Assembly: GCA_029553365.1 (NCBI GenBank)
Contig: JAKPCG010000106.1
Coordinates: 1,130-65,129 of the forward strand
DNA: 64,000 bases
Direction: 5' to 3'
DNA from: Acidobacteriota bacterium
GTDB taxonomy: Bacteria > Acidobacteriota > Aminicenantia > Aminicenantales > Saccharicenantaceae
In this document: positions 46,253 to 59,244 of the stretch, piece by piece
How positions within the stretch are numbered: the first letter of the stretch is position 1
Layout of the letters: each line of letters begins with the position of its first letter
Translations under genes and position numbers: made by a program
The notes under the pieces: model-generated
The model's database searches: none
Told to the model about the DNA's origin: nothing
What the model saw: only the letters and a program-made list of their open reading frames with translations

Positions 46253-47728
46253 TCATCTATCAGCCAGATAAAAGATAGATAGGAAAGAAACTCTGGCAAT
46301 ATCGCCCATAATCTCGGGATTAAGACGGTAAATTGTATCGCCTGTTCCATGATAGGCTAAATGAGGGCCATTGGAGCCAAAGCTGACCACTGGAATACCC
46401 TTTATGAAGAAGGGGGCAAAATCAGATCCTCTGACGCCAACTCTTCTTATAATGTTAATTCCTCTTATTATATCAATTTCCTGATTGGCTTTTTCCACCG
46501 ATTCTCTGAGAGCTGTAGGCTCTGCGCTCAATCCGCACCAGGCGCCATCGCCTTCGCCTTCCATATCAAAATTAAACATAGCAGCTACTCTGGTAAATCC
46601 AGCCGGCAGATGTTCGGCAAAATAATTTGAACCCTGCAGGCCCATCTCTTCGCCGCCAAAAAGAACAAACATAATTGACCTTTTAGGTTTGACCCGGCTG
46701 GTGCTGAATGCCCTGGCCAGAGTCATAACGACCGCTGAACCGCTGGCGTTGTCATCGGCACCGGGAAAGACAAGCCCCAGGTGCCGGCCACAGTGATCAA
46801 AATGCCCCCCGACTATGATCAACTCTTTTTTAAGTTCCGGATCGGAACCTGCTACCCAACCGACAATGTTATAACCTAGGCCCTCTGGAAAATGTTTGGA
46901 TTGGACTGAGTAGGCCAGCTTTGATTTCAGAGGAAAAGAGATTGGGCGGTGGTAAGTCTGGAGAGCCTTTTTCAGTTCAGAAGTAGTCGAATTCATTTCC
47001 TTAAATATGGCATCAGCCGTTTTGTCGCTAATCATGCCCGGCATAAAACCTGGCAGCCAGTCACCATTGGGATTGGCCTGAACTTCCGGGTAGATATAAA
47101 TCAAGCCGAGTGCGCCTTTGTCTCTGGCCGTTTTCATCCTGGTTCGATGTTCGTCATAATACTGGAATTCCGCTCGGCCAGGTTCTGGCGTTCCCCGGAA
47201 ACAGAGAACGTATTTCCCTTTAACCTCCAGTCCAGCGTAGTCATCATAGTTCAGCTCAGGTGCCGAAATGCCCCAGCCGGCGAAAACCAACTCACCCGTT
47301 TTGTCTCCGCTATCAGAAAATAAGAGCGGTAAGAAGTCTCTTTCGGGCTTTAACTCAACTTTCTGGAAGGTTGGCTGTCCATCCTGGCCGGGCTTATCAG
47401 GCAGGTAAAGAGTCATAGCTGCCTCATCAATCAGTGTATAGGGAGAAGGATACGACTGAAGATAACCAGCTTTACTATCATATGGCTGAAGACCCCACTC
47501 TTTGAATTTACCAGCCGCCCATCTGGCTGCTCTGGTATAACCCTCGTCTCCCGTCAGTCTGCCTGCAAACTCAGGTGAAGCCATGGTCCGGGCCAGCTGA
47601 TAGGGAAGAATAGGATCAATAGCCGCTACTGCCTTTTTTAGACTGGCTGGCGTCTGGCCCAGAAGTGGCCCGACTGCTGCCCAGAATAAAATCAGGCTGC
47701 TGAAAACAATCGCTGCTTTTCTTTTCAT
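46253..47728 (-). CDS. M28-family aminopeptidase with PA domain (exported), paralog 1
   Basis: Signal peptide; IVGGHFDHCGR...GADDNASGSAVVMTLA...FVLFGGEEMGLQGS zinc-ligand motifs. Confidence 0.75.
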   Translation of the reverse strand: MKRKAAIVFSSLILFWAAVGPLLGQTPASLKKAVAAIDPILPYQLARTMASPEFAGRLTGDEGYTRAARWAAGKFKEWGLQPYDSKAGYLQSYPSPYTLIDEAAMTLYLPDKPGQDGQPTFQKVELKPERDFLPLLFSDSGDKTGELVFAGWGISAPELNYDDYAGLEVKGKYVLCFRGTPEPGRAEFQYYDEHRTRMKTARDKGALGLIYIYPEVQANPNGDWLPGFMPGMISDKTADAIFKEMNSTTSELKKALQTYHRPISFPLKSKLAYSVQSKHFPEGLGYNIVGWVAGSDPELKKELIIVGGHFDHCGRHLGLVFPGADDNASGSAVVMTLARAFSTSRVKPKRSIMFVLFGGEEMGLQGSNYFAEHLPAGFTRVAAMFNFDMEGEGDGAWCGLSAEPTALRESVEKANQEIDIIRGINIIRRVGVRGSDFAPFFIKGIPVVSFGSNGPHLAYHGTGDTIYRLNPEIMGDIARVSFLSIFYLADR

Positions 47729-47823
47729 TCTTGACCTCTTATATTTATTTGATTTTATAACCGATCATGATCGCCATTAATATAACATTCGCCTCCAGCT
47801 AAGTGGAACTGGTGGCCTCTTAA

Positions 47824-48030
47824 TTATTTTTTCGCACTGGCAGTTCTTTTTTTCCTTTTGATTTCTTTAAGCACTGCCTGGTGGAGAACCAGGAAATAAT
47901 AAACTGCGAGGAAAGCCAGTAGAATCAAGCCCGCTGCCCAGCGCCCCGTGAACATGGAATAAATAGAATAAGCCAGCAACCCGAGATAAAGACAGAAATG
48001 AACCAGGGCAAAAATCCAGCTAAACATCAA
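47824..48030 (-). CDS. Hypothetical small 2-transmembrane membrane protein (68 aa), uncertain
   Basis: Two hydrophobic helices and a basic C-terminus. Weak RBS; TTG or ATG start. Confidence 0.3.
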   Translation of the reverse strand: MMFSWIFALVHFCLYLGLLAYSIYSMFTGRWAAGLILLAFLAVYYFLVLHQAVLKEIKRKKRTASAKK

Positions 48031-48096
48031 TCCGGCTCGCCTGGCAGATTTCTTTATTTATATTTATCTGTCTCTCAGCCTGACTGCCAACCAGGG

Positions 48097-48669
48097 TTAA
48101 TCCAGGCGGCTGACCGAAATGATTACCACCGGTTCAACCGGCACATCCCGGTGCATACCCTTGGCGGTGGTTGGAACGCTGGCAATGGCGTCGACAACTT
48201 CCATACCCTTAATTACCTTGCCAAAAACAGCATAACCGAATTTGGCTGGATCACCTGGCACATGATCCAGAAAAGCATTGTCAACGAGATTTATAAAAAA
48301 CTGGCAGGTAGCACTGTTGATATCAGCTGTTCTGGCCATGGCTATCGTTCCGCGAAGATTTTTTAAGCCGTTATCCGCTTCATTTTTAATGGGCGGTCTT
48401 TTTGTTCCTTTTTCTTTCATCTCAGGTGTTAGGCCGCCGCCCTGGATCATGAAGCCTTTTATAACCCGGTGAAAAATTGTCCCGTCATAAAATTTGCTGT
48501 CAACATAAGCCAGAAAGTTCTCGACCGTTACCGGTGCTTTATCTGGATAAAGCTCGATAACAATATCTCCTTTGGATGTTTTCATTAAAACCTTGGGATT
48601 GGCAGCTAAGGCTGGTAAGGCTAAAGACAGAGTCAGGAGACTGATAACAGCTAAAGTCCATTTGTTCAT
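48097..48669 (-). CDS. Peptidyl-prolyl cis-trans isomerase, cyclophilin type (exported)
   Basis: Signal peptide [22 protein letters not shown]; [14 protein letters not shown] cyclophilin signature. Confidence 0.85.
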   Translation of the reverse strand: MNKWTLAVISLLTLSLALPALAANPKVLMKTSKGDIVIELYPDKAPVTVENFLAYVDSKFYDGTIFHRVIKGFMIQGGGLTPEMKEKGTKRPPIKNEADNGLKNLRGTIAMARTADINSATCQFFINLVDNAFLDHVPGDPAKFGYAVFGKVIKGMEVVDAIASVPTTAKGMHRDVPVEPVVIISVSRLD

Positions 48670-48808
48670 GTCACACCTCCAATTTTTCAGTCTAACATAA
48701 CAAATAAGAATAAAATAATCAAATTTTGATCCGCCTCTCAGCGGATATCAAAAAATGATAAAAAATGAAGGAAAATGATTGCCATAAATCTAAAAACAAG
48801 ATGAATAA

Positions 48809-50114
48809 TTCATTTCTGGCCCGGGAGATGGCTATTTCATCTGGTTCAAAAAAGACACCGGCGATCATTTACCGGAGATCAGAGCCGTGGTTCAGGACCT
48901 CTCTCCGCAGGGTCTGACAGCTCAGCGTGGTTTTCCCGTGGAGTTTTCGGTTAGAGGGGCCAACTGGGATGAACTGATCAAGGTCAGTCAGGAGGTCATG
49001 GAAAAGTTGAGGGCCAGCGGCCTGGTAACTGATCTTGATACTGATTATCAAGTGGGCATGCCCGAGCTGGAAATTAAACCTGACCGTCAGCTGACAGTTC
49101 ACCTGGGGGGCCATTGATGATATAGCTAACACTCCCAATGCTCTGGTGGGTGGAGTCAGAGTCGGCAAGTCCAGCACTGGCGGCCGGAGAATAGATGTCA
49201 GGCTAAAGTTGCTGGCAGCCCAGCGTTACCGCTCGGAAGATATTGCCTGCCTCCGGGTCAGAGGCATCATTCCTCTTACAGCTCTTGTGGCCTATGAAGA
49301 GAGAACGGCCATTCAGGTCATTAACAGGAGAGATCGGGAGAGAGCTGTGTCTGTTTTTGCCAACATTGCTCCCGGGCACTCGCAAAATGAAGCACTCAGC
49401 TATATTGAAAGCCTGAGCCGCAGTCTCCTCGTGGGCTACCGGTTGGTGCTGGGTGGCTCCTCAAATGCTTTTAAAGAATCAATGAGCAGCTTGTTATTTG
49501 CCATGGGTCTCGGAGTCATTATTGCTTATATGATTTTGGCTTCGCAGTTTAATTCTTATATTGATCCAGTTACTATTATTACGATTCTACCCTTAACCAT
49601 GCCCGGGGCTGTTTTTACCCTCCTCATTGCCGGGCAGAGCATCAATGTGTTCAGCATGATTGGCCTGCTGCTGTTGATGGGAATAGTCGAGAAGGATTCC
49701 ATTATCCACGTCGATTAGGCCAATGCGTTCAGGCAATCTGGATTGCTTGCCAGGAAGGCAATGACCAAAGCTGGCCCGCTCCGCCTGAGACCAATCTTAA
49801 TGACGGCAGTGGCTACTTTGATGGCCGCTATTCCGCCGGCTTTAGGCCTTGGCTCTGGTTCAGAAATCAGAAAACCAATGTCTATTGCGGTTTTCGGGGG
49901 ATTGGTCGTCTCGACTATTCTGAGTCTGGTGGTTGTCTCTCCTTTTTATGTTGTAGCTGATAAGTGGTTCAAAAAGAAAAGTGGCCCGGTCAAAGCCAGC
50001 AAGGCGACAGAGATTCCCCTGGTGGAAATACCCTCAGGCCAATCAGGTTCAGCTATGTCTATCACCAGGCTGCCTGAGATGTTCAGCCATCAGCCCGGTC
50101 GGTGGATTACCTGA
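48809..50114 (+). pseudogene. Remnant of an RND/HAE1 (AcrB-like) efflux transporter: only the last ~430 codons, with a frameshift and an in-frame TAG
   Basis: Three co-linear segments match AcrB from ~residue 600 to the C-terminus (...GMPELEIKPDRQ..., ...LLLLMGIVEKDSIIHVD*, ...GPLRLRPILMTAVATLMAAIPPAL...). Frame shifts at a G6 run (49105-49110); TAG at 49719. The N-terminal ~600 codons are absent, with a convergent ppiase gene upstream. Confidence 0.75.
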
Positions 50115-50263
50115 CATTCCTCCCGCTGGCCCGATTATTATAGGGAACGGAGCCTATTAATTTTGATCTGATGATCTGAACGATAGCTAAGAATATTGTG
50201 GAAAGAACGAGTCCCATAATTTTTTAAAAAATAAGTTCCCGGATTCACCAGCGCAGTCTATCC

Positions 50264-50293
50264 TTGACATCTATAATGAGCTGCAAATAAAAT
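50264..50293 (+). promoter_or_regulatory. Candidate sigma70 promoter (TTGACA, 18 nt, TAAAAT) for the OMP gene
   Basis: tccTTGACAtctataatgagctgcaaaTAAAAT, 33 nt before the ATG at 50327. Confidence 0.35.
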
Positions 50294-50326
50294 AACCGAG
50301 GCCACGGATAAATGAGAAATTAAATA

Positions 50327-51148
50327 ATGAACAAATCTAAATTATTAGGATTGAGCTGCCTGTTGTTTTTTCTGGCCGGGCCTCTTCGGGCTGATGGGCG
50401 GCTGGAATTCAATCTTCACTATTCAGGCTGGAGTCTGAATGTCGCCAGAGGCCTGGTAGAAAATATGGTCAGTGATGTTCTGGAGAGTGACCTTAAAGAT
50501 AGATTTTTAACTCAGATTCAGTCTGATTATCCCGGCCTGGTTGAAAATGCTTACAGCCAGCAAATAACTTTTGATGCCCCTGGCCATAATTTTGGTTTCG
50601 AATTAAGGTTTTATCCTGGCGGGAGACAGGGTGCTTTCAGTCTTGGTCTGGGTATTGAAAAGAGTTCGATGAAAGTCAGCTTTTCGGAAGTTGAGGCAGA
50701 GCTTGATTTGATTGACCGGAGTCTTGACCAGACAGCTAATTTTCAGGCCCTGGCTCAGGCCAGATTCATTATCAAACCTTTATCTTTTCATCTGAACTTA
50801 CGCTGGGAACTATGGCCAGCCAGAGTAGTCTCTCCTTTTATCACCCTTGGTGCCGGACTTTCTACCAGCCGGAGTTTTTTGGATGCCAGCTATGAATATT
50901 CTTATTCCGGGACTTTGACTTTGCCTGATAATTCAACTCGTGAATATAGCCAGTCGGCTAATAAAACTCTTGGTGACATAAAAGATGAAAGGCTGGCCGC
51001 TGGTAAGAGTTTTTCTCTTAACTTTTTACCCCTGGTTCAAATGGATATTGGTTTCAGAGCCAGAATTTCCAGGTCACTCAGTTTCTGCCTTGAAGCTGGC
51101 TTTTTTGATGGCTTCATTTTACGAGGAGGTCTGGCTATAAGGACTTAG
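50327..51148 (+). CDS. Hypothetical outer-membrane beta-barrel protein (signal peptide, alternating amphipathic strands)
   Basis: MNKSKLLGLSCLLFFLAGPLRADG signal peptide; repeated short amphipathic beta-strand pattern. No family recognised. Confidence 0.5.
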   Translation: MNKSKLLGLSCLLFFLAGPLRADGRLEFNLHYSGWSLNVARGLVENMVSDVLESDLKDRFLTQIQSDYPGLVENAYSQQITFDAPGHNFGFELRFYPGGRQGAFSLGLGIEKSSMKVSFSEVEAELDLIDRSLDQTANFQALAQARFIIKPLSFHLNLRWELWPARVVSPFITLGAGLSTSRSFLDASYEYSYSGTLTLPDNSTREYSQSANKTLGDIKDERLAAGKSFSLNFLPLVQMDIGFRARISRSLSFCLEAGFFDGFILRGGLAIRT

Positions 51149-51188
51149 AATCAGGCCAGACCTGGAACTTGCCTTAAGGAGGGAGTTC

Positions 51189-52775
51189 ATGACCGGCCAA
51201 CGAAGCAAAAATTATCAACTACCATCGATCTTTCTGCTATTCCTTATCCTTTGTATCTCTCTTTTCCTGGCCTCTGGCCAGCTGTCGGCTCAGAACCAGA
51301 GAAGCGGAGAAGAAACAAAGTTACTTAAGGCTTTTCATCAGATTTCCAGCCAGCCTCTTTACGACTGGGTGAAAGAGTTGAGCTCTGAAAAATACCAGGG
51401 ACGTCTGACAGGAACAGAGGGTTTTGATCAAGCGGCCCGCTGGGTCATCTCGTTTTTATCCTCCTGGGGTCTCCAGCCAGCCGGTGACCAGGGCACTTTT
51501 CTCCAGGCTTTTCCTAATCCTTATACCTTAGTTCTTGATCGGGGGGAGGTTTCACTTCACCTGCCCGTGGCGGCCGGCAATAAAAAAAAGTCTGCAGAAA
51601 TAAAGAAATACTACCGCTATGAAGATGAGTATTTTCCCGGGGGGACTTCAGCCTCAGGGGAGGTCACGGCCGAAGTGATTTATGTCGGCTTTGGTATTAC
51701 CGCTCCTGAACTGGGCTATGATGATTACCAGGGAGTTGATGTCCGGGGGAAAATAGTTTTAATGGAAAGTGAAGTGCCAGTCAGCCCGGATAAAAATCCG
51801 GAAACGTTCAAGAAATGGCGACCCTATTCATTTCATCAATATAAGCTTCAAAATGCTGCTGCGCACGGGGCGAAGGGGCTTCTATATTACTATGGGCCAA
51901 TAGTTAATCCTAATAATGATTATATCGAGGGCTTCCTCTACAGCCACGTCGGCCGCAGTGTGGTCGATGATATCTTTGCTGGCAGCGGCCAGACTTATGA
52001 GGAAACTGCAGCAGCCATAAGAAAGAGTCTTAAGCCTCGGTCTTTTGCGACTGGTAAAATTTTTACCATTAAAAACAAGACTGAGTATCATCCAGAGGGT
52101 CTGGGCTATAACCTGCTGGCCAAAGTAGAAGGTCAGGATCCGGTTCTTAAAGATGAGGTAATAATTATTGGCGGACATCTGGATCATGTGGGCAGCTGTC
52201 CTGACCTGATGCCCGGTGCCGACGATAATGCCTCTGCCGTAGCGGTGATGATGGGGGTGGCCCAAGCTATGATGAAAAGCGAAGTCAAACCAAAAAGAAC
52301 GGTTCTGTTTGCTTTTTTTGGGGCCGAAGAACAGGGAGTTAAAGGTTCAGAATTCTACCTGGAGCACCCGGTGTTCGACTTAAACAAAACTATCGGACTG
52401 ATCAATCTCGATGGGGTCGGTTCAGGCGACAGAATTTTTGTCCTGGCCGGGAAAAACTTCCCCTGGCTCTACGCTCCGCTGGACAGGGCCAACAGCAGCT
52501 ATATTCACCGCCAGCTGGGTACCAATTACTGGAGTAATGTGGCCCGCCCTCGCCTGGATGCGGCCCGCTTCCTTGATAAGAATATTCCTTCTTTATCATT
52601 TTCTGTTTCCGGGCTGGAGTTGCCCTATCCGACTTACCATAATACACGCGATAACCCGTCAATAATCAATCCGGAAATTCTTGAAGATCTGGCTAGGCTG
52701 CTCTTTATGGGAGTGATGGAACTGGCCACCGTCTCACCGGAAAAATTAAAAGCAGAAGCCAGTCCCGCTTCCTGA
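51189..52775 (+). CDS. M28-family aminopeptidase with PA domain (exported), paralog 2
   Basis: IIGGHLDHVGS...GADDNASAVAVMMGVA...FAFFGAEEQGVKGS. Clearly homologous to the 46253..47728 protein (GYDDYQGVDVRGKIVL versus NYDDYAGLEVKGKYVL). Confidence 0.75.
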   Translation: MTGQRSKNYQLPSIFLLFLILCISLFLASGQLSAQNQRSGEETKLLKAFHQISSQPLYDWVKELSSEKYQGRLTGTEGFDQAARWVISFLSSWGLQPAGDQGTFLQAFPNPYTLVLDRGEVSLHLPVAAGNKKKSAEIKKYYRYEDEYFPGGTSASGEVTAEVIYVGFGITAPELGYDDYQGVDVRGKIVLMESEVPVSPDKNPETFKKWRPYSFHQYKLQNAAAHGAKGLLYYYGPIVNPNNDYIEGFLYSHVGRSVVDDIFAGSGQTYEETAAAIRKSLKPRSFATGKIFTIKNKTEYHPEGLGYNLLAKVEGQDPVLKDEVIIIGGHLDHVGSCPDLMPGADDNASAVAVMMGVAQAMMKSEVKPKRTVLFAFFGAEEQGVKGSEFYLEHPVFDLNKTIGLINLDGVGSGDRIFVLAGKNFPWLYAPLDRANSSYIHRQLGTNYWSNVARPRLDAARFLDKNIPSLSFSVSGLELPYPTYHNTRDNPSIINPEILEDLARLLFMGVMELATVSPEKLKAEASPAS

Positions 52776-53072
52776 TCAAAAGATAGCTGGTTCGTCTAAT
52801 GGCCGAACCCGGGCAACCGGATCAGGAAAGGTCCGGTAGTGATGGGCTTCATCGCCCTGGTCTGGTGGAAAAAATTCAAGCTTTTTGGTCCCATAGAATA
52901 GAATTTGAGCGAGAAACTTTAAGGTCTAACTCCGTCTTTTCTAATGGTAAAATAATAGCAAAAACGTTATTATTTTGCTGCTTATGGCTGGCCACAGCCA
53001 TAGGTTTAGTTAAGATATTGATAATTAATATGATGCAGGTAGATATCCGGCAGTTTTTATGGTAGTTTTTTC

Positions 53073-53101
53073 TTTACTTTAAGAGTGATTTAAGCTATAA
53101 T
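53073..53101 (+). promoter_or_regulatory. Candidate sigma70 promoter for gyrBA (TTTACT, 17 nt, TATAAT)
   Basis: tcTTTACTttaagagtgatttaagcTATAAT, about 75 nt before the AGGTGG RBS and ATG at 53180. Confidence 0.4.
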
Positions 53102-53167
53102 TTAAATCGGAAATGGTCGCAGGGTTGTTCGGATTTTCCTTCTAATTAAACCCTGATCTTATCCTGA

Positions 53168-55567
<2,400 letters not shown>

Positions 55568-55612
55568 TGACATCTTCAGCCAGGCAGGAGAAAGCCAGAA
55601 AGGTTTAAGACT

Positions 55613-58162
55613 ATGCCCCGGAAAAGAGAAGATAAGGATAAGACTCAGGACAAAGAAAAGCCACAAACGACTGGTACTCAAAACGAGAACGCAGAACAGG
55701 CCAGCCGGAGTGGGGGGAAGAACGGTGGCACTCCGCCCCCGATAGCCAGAAGCCTGTCAGTAGTCAGCCTTGAAGAGGAAATGAAAAAGTCCTATCTGGA
55801 CTATGCCCTGAGTGTCATCATTGGCCGGGCTATTCCCGATATCAGGGATGGTCTTAAACCTGTTCATCGCCGTGTTCTTTATGCTATGTGGGAGACCGGC
55901 ACACTTCACAACAAACCTTATAAGAAATCAGCCCGCATTGTCGGCGATGTCATTGGTAAATATCATCCACATGGCGATGCAGCGGTCTATGATGCTCTGG
56001 TCAGAATGGCTCAGGACTTCAGCCTTCGCTATCCGCTGGTTGACGGGCAGGGTAATTTTGGTTCGGTCGATGGCGACCCGCCAGCAGCCATGCGCTATAC
56101 CGAAGTCAGAATGACACGTCTGGCCGAAGAACTCCTGGCTGACATCGATAAAGATACAGTCAAGTTTGTTCCCAACTATGACGAGAGCTTGCTGATGCCA
56201 GAAGTGCTGCCAGCCAAATTTCCTAACCTTCTGGTCAACGGTTCATCTGGAATCGCGGTCGGTATGGCCAGTAATATTCCGCCTCACAATCTGGCTGAGG
56301 TCTGTGACGGATTGATATATCTGGTTGATCATCCTGAGGCAACGGTGGATGACATTATGAAGTTTATTCCGGGGCCTGATTTCCCCACGGGCGGTTATGT
56401 TTTTAACCGTCAGAATATCCGCCAGGCCTATCAGGAAGGCAAGGGCGTTATTCACCTGAGAGCCAAAAGCACGATTGAACGTGGAGAAAAGGGTGAGAAA
56501 GACAAAATAGTCATAACCGAGATTCCTTATGGGGTCAACAAAGCCAGGCTCCTAGAAAACATTGCTGAACTGGTCAACACCAAGAAAATTGAGGGGATAG
56601 CCGATATCCGTGATGAATCTGACCGGCAGGGAATCAGGGTGGTGATTGAACTCAAAAGGGGAGAAGTACCAGAGATTATTCTTAATAACCTTTACAAGCA
56701 CACCGCCCTGCAGTCTTCGTTCGGAATCATCATGCTGGCCATTGTTGACAAACAGCCCAAGCTCCTTAACCTGCTGGAAATGATGAATTATTTTCTGGCT
56801 CACCGCCAGGAAGTGATTATCAGAAGAACCCGCTATGACCTGAAAAAAGCTGAGCATCGGGCCCATATTCTGGAAGGCCTGTTAATTGCCCTTGATTATC
56901 TGGATGCGGTCATTGAACTCATCAGGTCATCCAGGACAGTCGAAGAAGCCAAGACTGGCCTGATAAGCAAATTTAAGCTGACCGCGATTCAGGCTCAGGC
57001 CATACTGGAAATGCAACTGCAGCGGTTGACCGGTCTGGAAAGGCAGAAGTTAGTCCAGGAGCATCAGGAACTAAAAGAACTGATTAAAAAGCTTAAATTG
57101 ATCCTCAAAAATCATGACCTTGTTCTGGAGATTATAAAAGACGAGCTGAAACAGCTAAAGGATCAATATCAGGATGAGAGAAGAACAGAAATAAGGGATG
57201 AGGTTATAACCGATATCAAAGCTGAAGATTTAATCAAAGAAGAAGATGTGGCTATCGTTTATACCAGCTCAGGTTATATTAAAAGAACTTCTCTGAGTGC
57301 CTACCGCTTTCAAAGCCGGGGTGGCAAGGGGCGGAAGGGCATTGATATGAAGGCAGAAGATGTGGTGGATAATTTATTTGTCGGCTCGACTCATTCCTAT
57401 CTGCTGGTTTTTACCAACAAGGGCCGCCTGTACTGGCTGAGAGCGCTGGATGTGCCGGATGCCGGACCGTCAGGTCGAGGGAAAGCTATCGCCAACCTGC
57501 TGGAATTTCAGCCTGAAGAAAAAGTTCAGTCCATCCTGGCTGTCAAGGAGTTTAGAAATGATCAATTTGTTGTAGTCCTGTCAGATCATGGACTGATCAA
57601 AAAGACCAGGCTGAGTGAATTTCAGCATGTCCGGAAAGGTGGCATTATTGCCATGAATCTCAAGCCCGGGACTAATCTTTTCACTGCAGCTCTGACCAGC
57701 GGCAAAAACGACATCATTATTGGGACGAGAATGGGTAAGGCCATCAGGTTTAAGGAAAGTGATGTTCGGCCGATGGGCCGTCAGGCAGCTGGAGTTAAAG
57801 CCATCACTCTGAAGCCAAAAGACAGAGTAATCAGCATGATTGTGGTCAGTGATGACGATAGGTACATTTTTACTGCCTCCGAAAACGGCTATGGTAAAAA
57901 GACGCCGATTGAAGATTATCCCGTACACCGCCGCGGTGGTCAGGGAGTAATCAATTTAAAGATAACTGAGAAAACCGGGCCGGCTCTGGCTATGGTTGAT
58001 GTCAATGAAGATGATTTGCTGGTTATTACCATCAGTGGCAAGGTCATCAGAATAAAAACGACTGATTTCAGACCGTTAAGCCGGGCCACACAAGGGGTAA
58101 AAATCATCCAGCTGGAGGAAGGCGACCGGGTCTGCTCGATAGCCAAGGTGCGAGAAGACTGA
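55613..58162 (+). CDS. gyrA: DNA gyrase subunit A (with ~45-aa low-complexity Lys/Asp/Gln-rich N-terminal extension)
   Basis: [39 protein letters not shown], active-site Tyr region, and C-terminal beta-pinwheel repeats. Confidence 0.95.
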   Translation: MPRKREDKDKTQDKEKPQTTGTQNENAEQASRSGGKNGGTPPPIARSLSVVSLEEEMKKSYLDYALSVIIGRAIPDIRDGLKPVHRRVLYAMWETGTLHNKPYKKSARIVGDVIGKYHPHGDAAVYDALVRMAQDFSLRYPLVDGQGNFGSVDGDPPAAMRYTEVRMTRLAEELLADIDKDTVKFVPNYDESLLMPEVLPAKFPNLLVNGSSGIAVGMASNIPPHNLAEVCDGLIYLVDHPEATVDDIMKFIPGPDFPTGGYVFNRQNIRQAYQEGKGVIHLRAKSTIERGEKGEKDKIVITEIPYGVNKARLLENIAELVNTKKIEGIADIRDESDRQGIRVVIELKRGEVPEIILNNLYKHTALQSSFGIIMLAIVDKQPKLLNLLEMMNYFLAHRQEVIIRRTRYDLKKAEHRAHILEGLLIALDYLDAVIELIRSSRTVEEAKTGLISKFKLTAIQAQAILEMQLQRLTGLERQKLVQEHQELKELIKKLKLILKNHDLVLEIIKDELKQLKDQYQDERRTEIRDEVITDIKAEDLIKEEDVAIVYTSSGYIKRTSLSAYRFQSRGGKGRKGIDMKAEDVVDNLFVGSTHSYLLVFTNKGRLYWLRALDVPDAGPSGRGKAIANLLEFQPEEKVQSILAVKEFRNDQFVVVLSDHGLIKKTRLSEFQHVRKGGIIAMNLKPGTNLFTAALTSGKNDIIIGTRMGKAIRFKESDVRPMGRQAAGVKAITLKPKDRVISMIVVSDDDRYIFTASENGYGKKTPIEDYPVHRRGGQGVINLKITEKTGPALAMVDVNEDDLLVITISGKVIRIKTTDFRPLSRATQGVKIIQLEEGDRVCSIAKVRED

Positions 58163-58193
58163 GCCTGTACCTGCCTGAAATCTAATTGTTGTT

Positions 58194-58216
58194 CAGTTCT
58201 GACTTGCTTAGAACTG
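58194..58216 (+). terminator. Hairpin after gyrA (CAGTTCT-gacttgctt-AGAACTG); weak candidate terminator
   Basis: 7-bp stem 32 nt after the gyrA stop, in a convergent intergenic region. No strong U tract. Confidence 0.3.
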
Positions 58217-58337
58217 GCCCTGGTTTAGAAAAGCATAACGACCATAATTTTGAAATTGATAAAGAAAAGATTATCCCCACTTTAAAGGTCAGACCAGCAC
58301 GGGTTAAAAGCCATAACCAGGAGTTAACTGGCAACCT

Positions 58338-59093
58338 TTAGCCGGAAGAGCCTTCCTCTTCTTGGCCTGCCGTCTCAGCTGGCGGTTCAAAATAAAGGAT
58401 GCGGCCGCAGCTTTCGCACAGGTAAATTTTTGACCTGTCCTTTATCTCATTAAGCATTTGAGGTCTGATTCTTACCTGACACATCGAGCAAAATTCATCA
58501 ACTACTCTGGACAGAGCAATACCACCTCTTTTCCTGGCAATGCTCAAATATTGCTGCAACTGAGCTCTGGGAATGGATGGGAGTAATTCGCTTCTCTTTT
58601 TGCTTAAGGTTTCCTTTTGCTCTTCAAGAAGCTTTTTACGCTGATTTAAAGCTTCAATTTCTTGCTTCAAATGTTCCGATTCTTCTTTTTGCTGGCGCAG
58701 GGCTGTCCTTATTTCTTCTTCAATTTCATCGGCGACCAGTAACTCTTTAATAATTTCTTCTTCTAAGCTGTCAATTTTATTTTGAGTCTCCTGAATTTCT
58801 TTGAGAAAAGACGTGTATTCTTTGTTGGTCTTAACTTCGTTCAATTGATGTTTGAGTTTGGATAACTGAGCCCGCAGGTCCTTGACCTGAGCTTCCAGCT
58901 CGCGTCTACTTTTTTGATTTTTGCTGAGCCGCTCTTGGGCCTGAAGGACGTAATCCGAGCTGGTCTTCATCTTCTTTTCAATCTCGGCGATCAAGCCAGG
59001 AATATCAGACAGTTCAGACGTCAACTGTTTCAATGATATATCCAGCTCCTGCAGCTGGATCAGCTTTTCAAACTCAACATCTTCTCCGTCCAC
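58338..59093 (-). CDS. Coiled-coil protein with a C-terminal C4 zinc ribbon (COG1579/DUF164-like)
   Basis: Long heptad-repeat region, then CSMCQVRIRPQMLNEIKDRSKIYLCESCGRILY. Confidence 0.65.
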   Translation of the reverse strand: MDGEDVEFEKLIQLQELDISLKQLTSELSDIPGLIAEIEKKMKTSSDYVLQAQERLSKNQKSRRELEAQVKDLRAQLSKLKHQLNEVKTNKEYTSFLKEIQETQNKIDSLEEEIIKELLVADEIEEEIRTALRQQKEESEHLKQEIEALNQRKKLLEEQKETLSKKRSELLPSIPRAQLQQYLSIARKRGGIALSRVVDEFCSMCQVRIRPQMLNEIKDRSKIYLCESCGRILYFEPPAETAGQEEEGSSG

Positions 59094-59122
59094 TTTGCCT
59101 CTCGAACTAACTGATTTTAAAA

Positions 59123-59194
59123 TGGGCCTACCAGGATTCGAACCTGGGACCTGCCGGTTATGAGCCGGTAGCTCTGCCGCTGAGCTATAGGCCC
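59123..59194 (-). tRNA. tRNA with anticodon CAU, elongator tRNA-Met or tRNA-Ile2 (lysidine)
   Basis: Minus-strand sense GGGCCTATAGCTCAGCGGCAGAGCTACCGGCTCATAACCGGCAGGTCCCAGGTTCGAATCCTGGTAGGCCCA folds as a cloverleaf. It has a 7-bp acceptor stem, GCTC/GAGC D stem, anticodon loop CU-CAU-AA and T-loop TTCGAAT. A G1-C72 pair and no GGG/CCC anticodon stem rule out initiator tRNA. CCA is not encoded. Confidence 0.85.
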
Positions 59195-59244
59195 ATGTGC
59201 CTTTTTATATCAGATAATCACCACTTAGTCAATTAAGGCCCGGG

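Noticed and set aside
52815-52900. GGAAAGGTCCGG and UCCAUAG strings reminiscent of RNase P RNA P4/CR-I motifs, in a ~400-bp gap of about the right size
   Set aside because: The spacing between motifs is wrong (~70 nt, not ~4 nt). No GGGCUCCA...GGGCA or ACAGAA..CCGGCUUA partner strand exists on either strand. The rest of the P1-P4 architecture cannot be drawn.
52799-53065. 88-aa ORF in the gyrB upstream gap
   Set aside because: No SD near the ATG, and it spans several hairpins and an AT-rich tract. No recognisable protein features.
59123-59194. Possibility that the CAU tRNA is the initiator tRNA-fMet
   Set aside because: G1 pairs with C72, and the anticodon stem lacks the three consecutive G-C pairs. 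It is elongator Met or Ile2.
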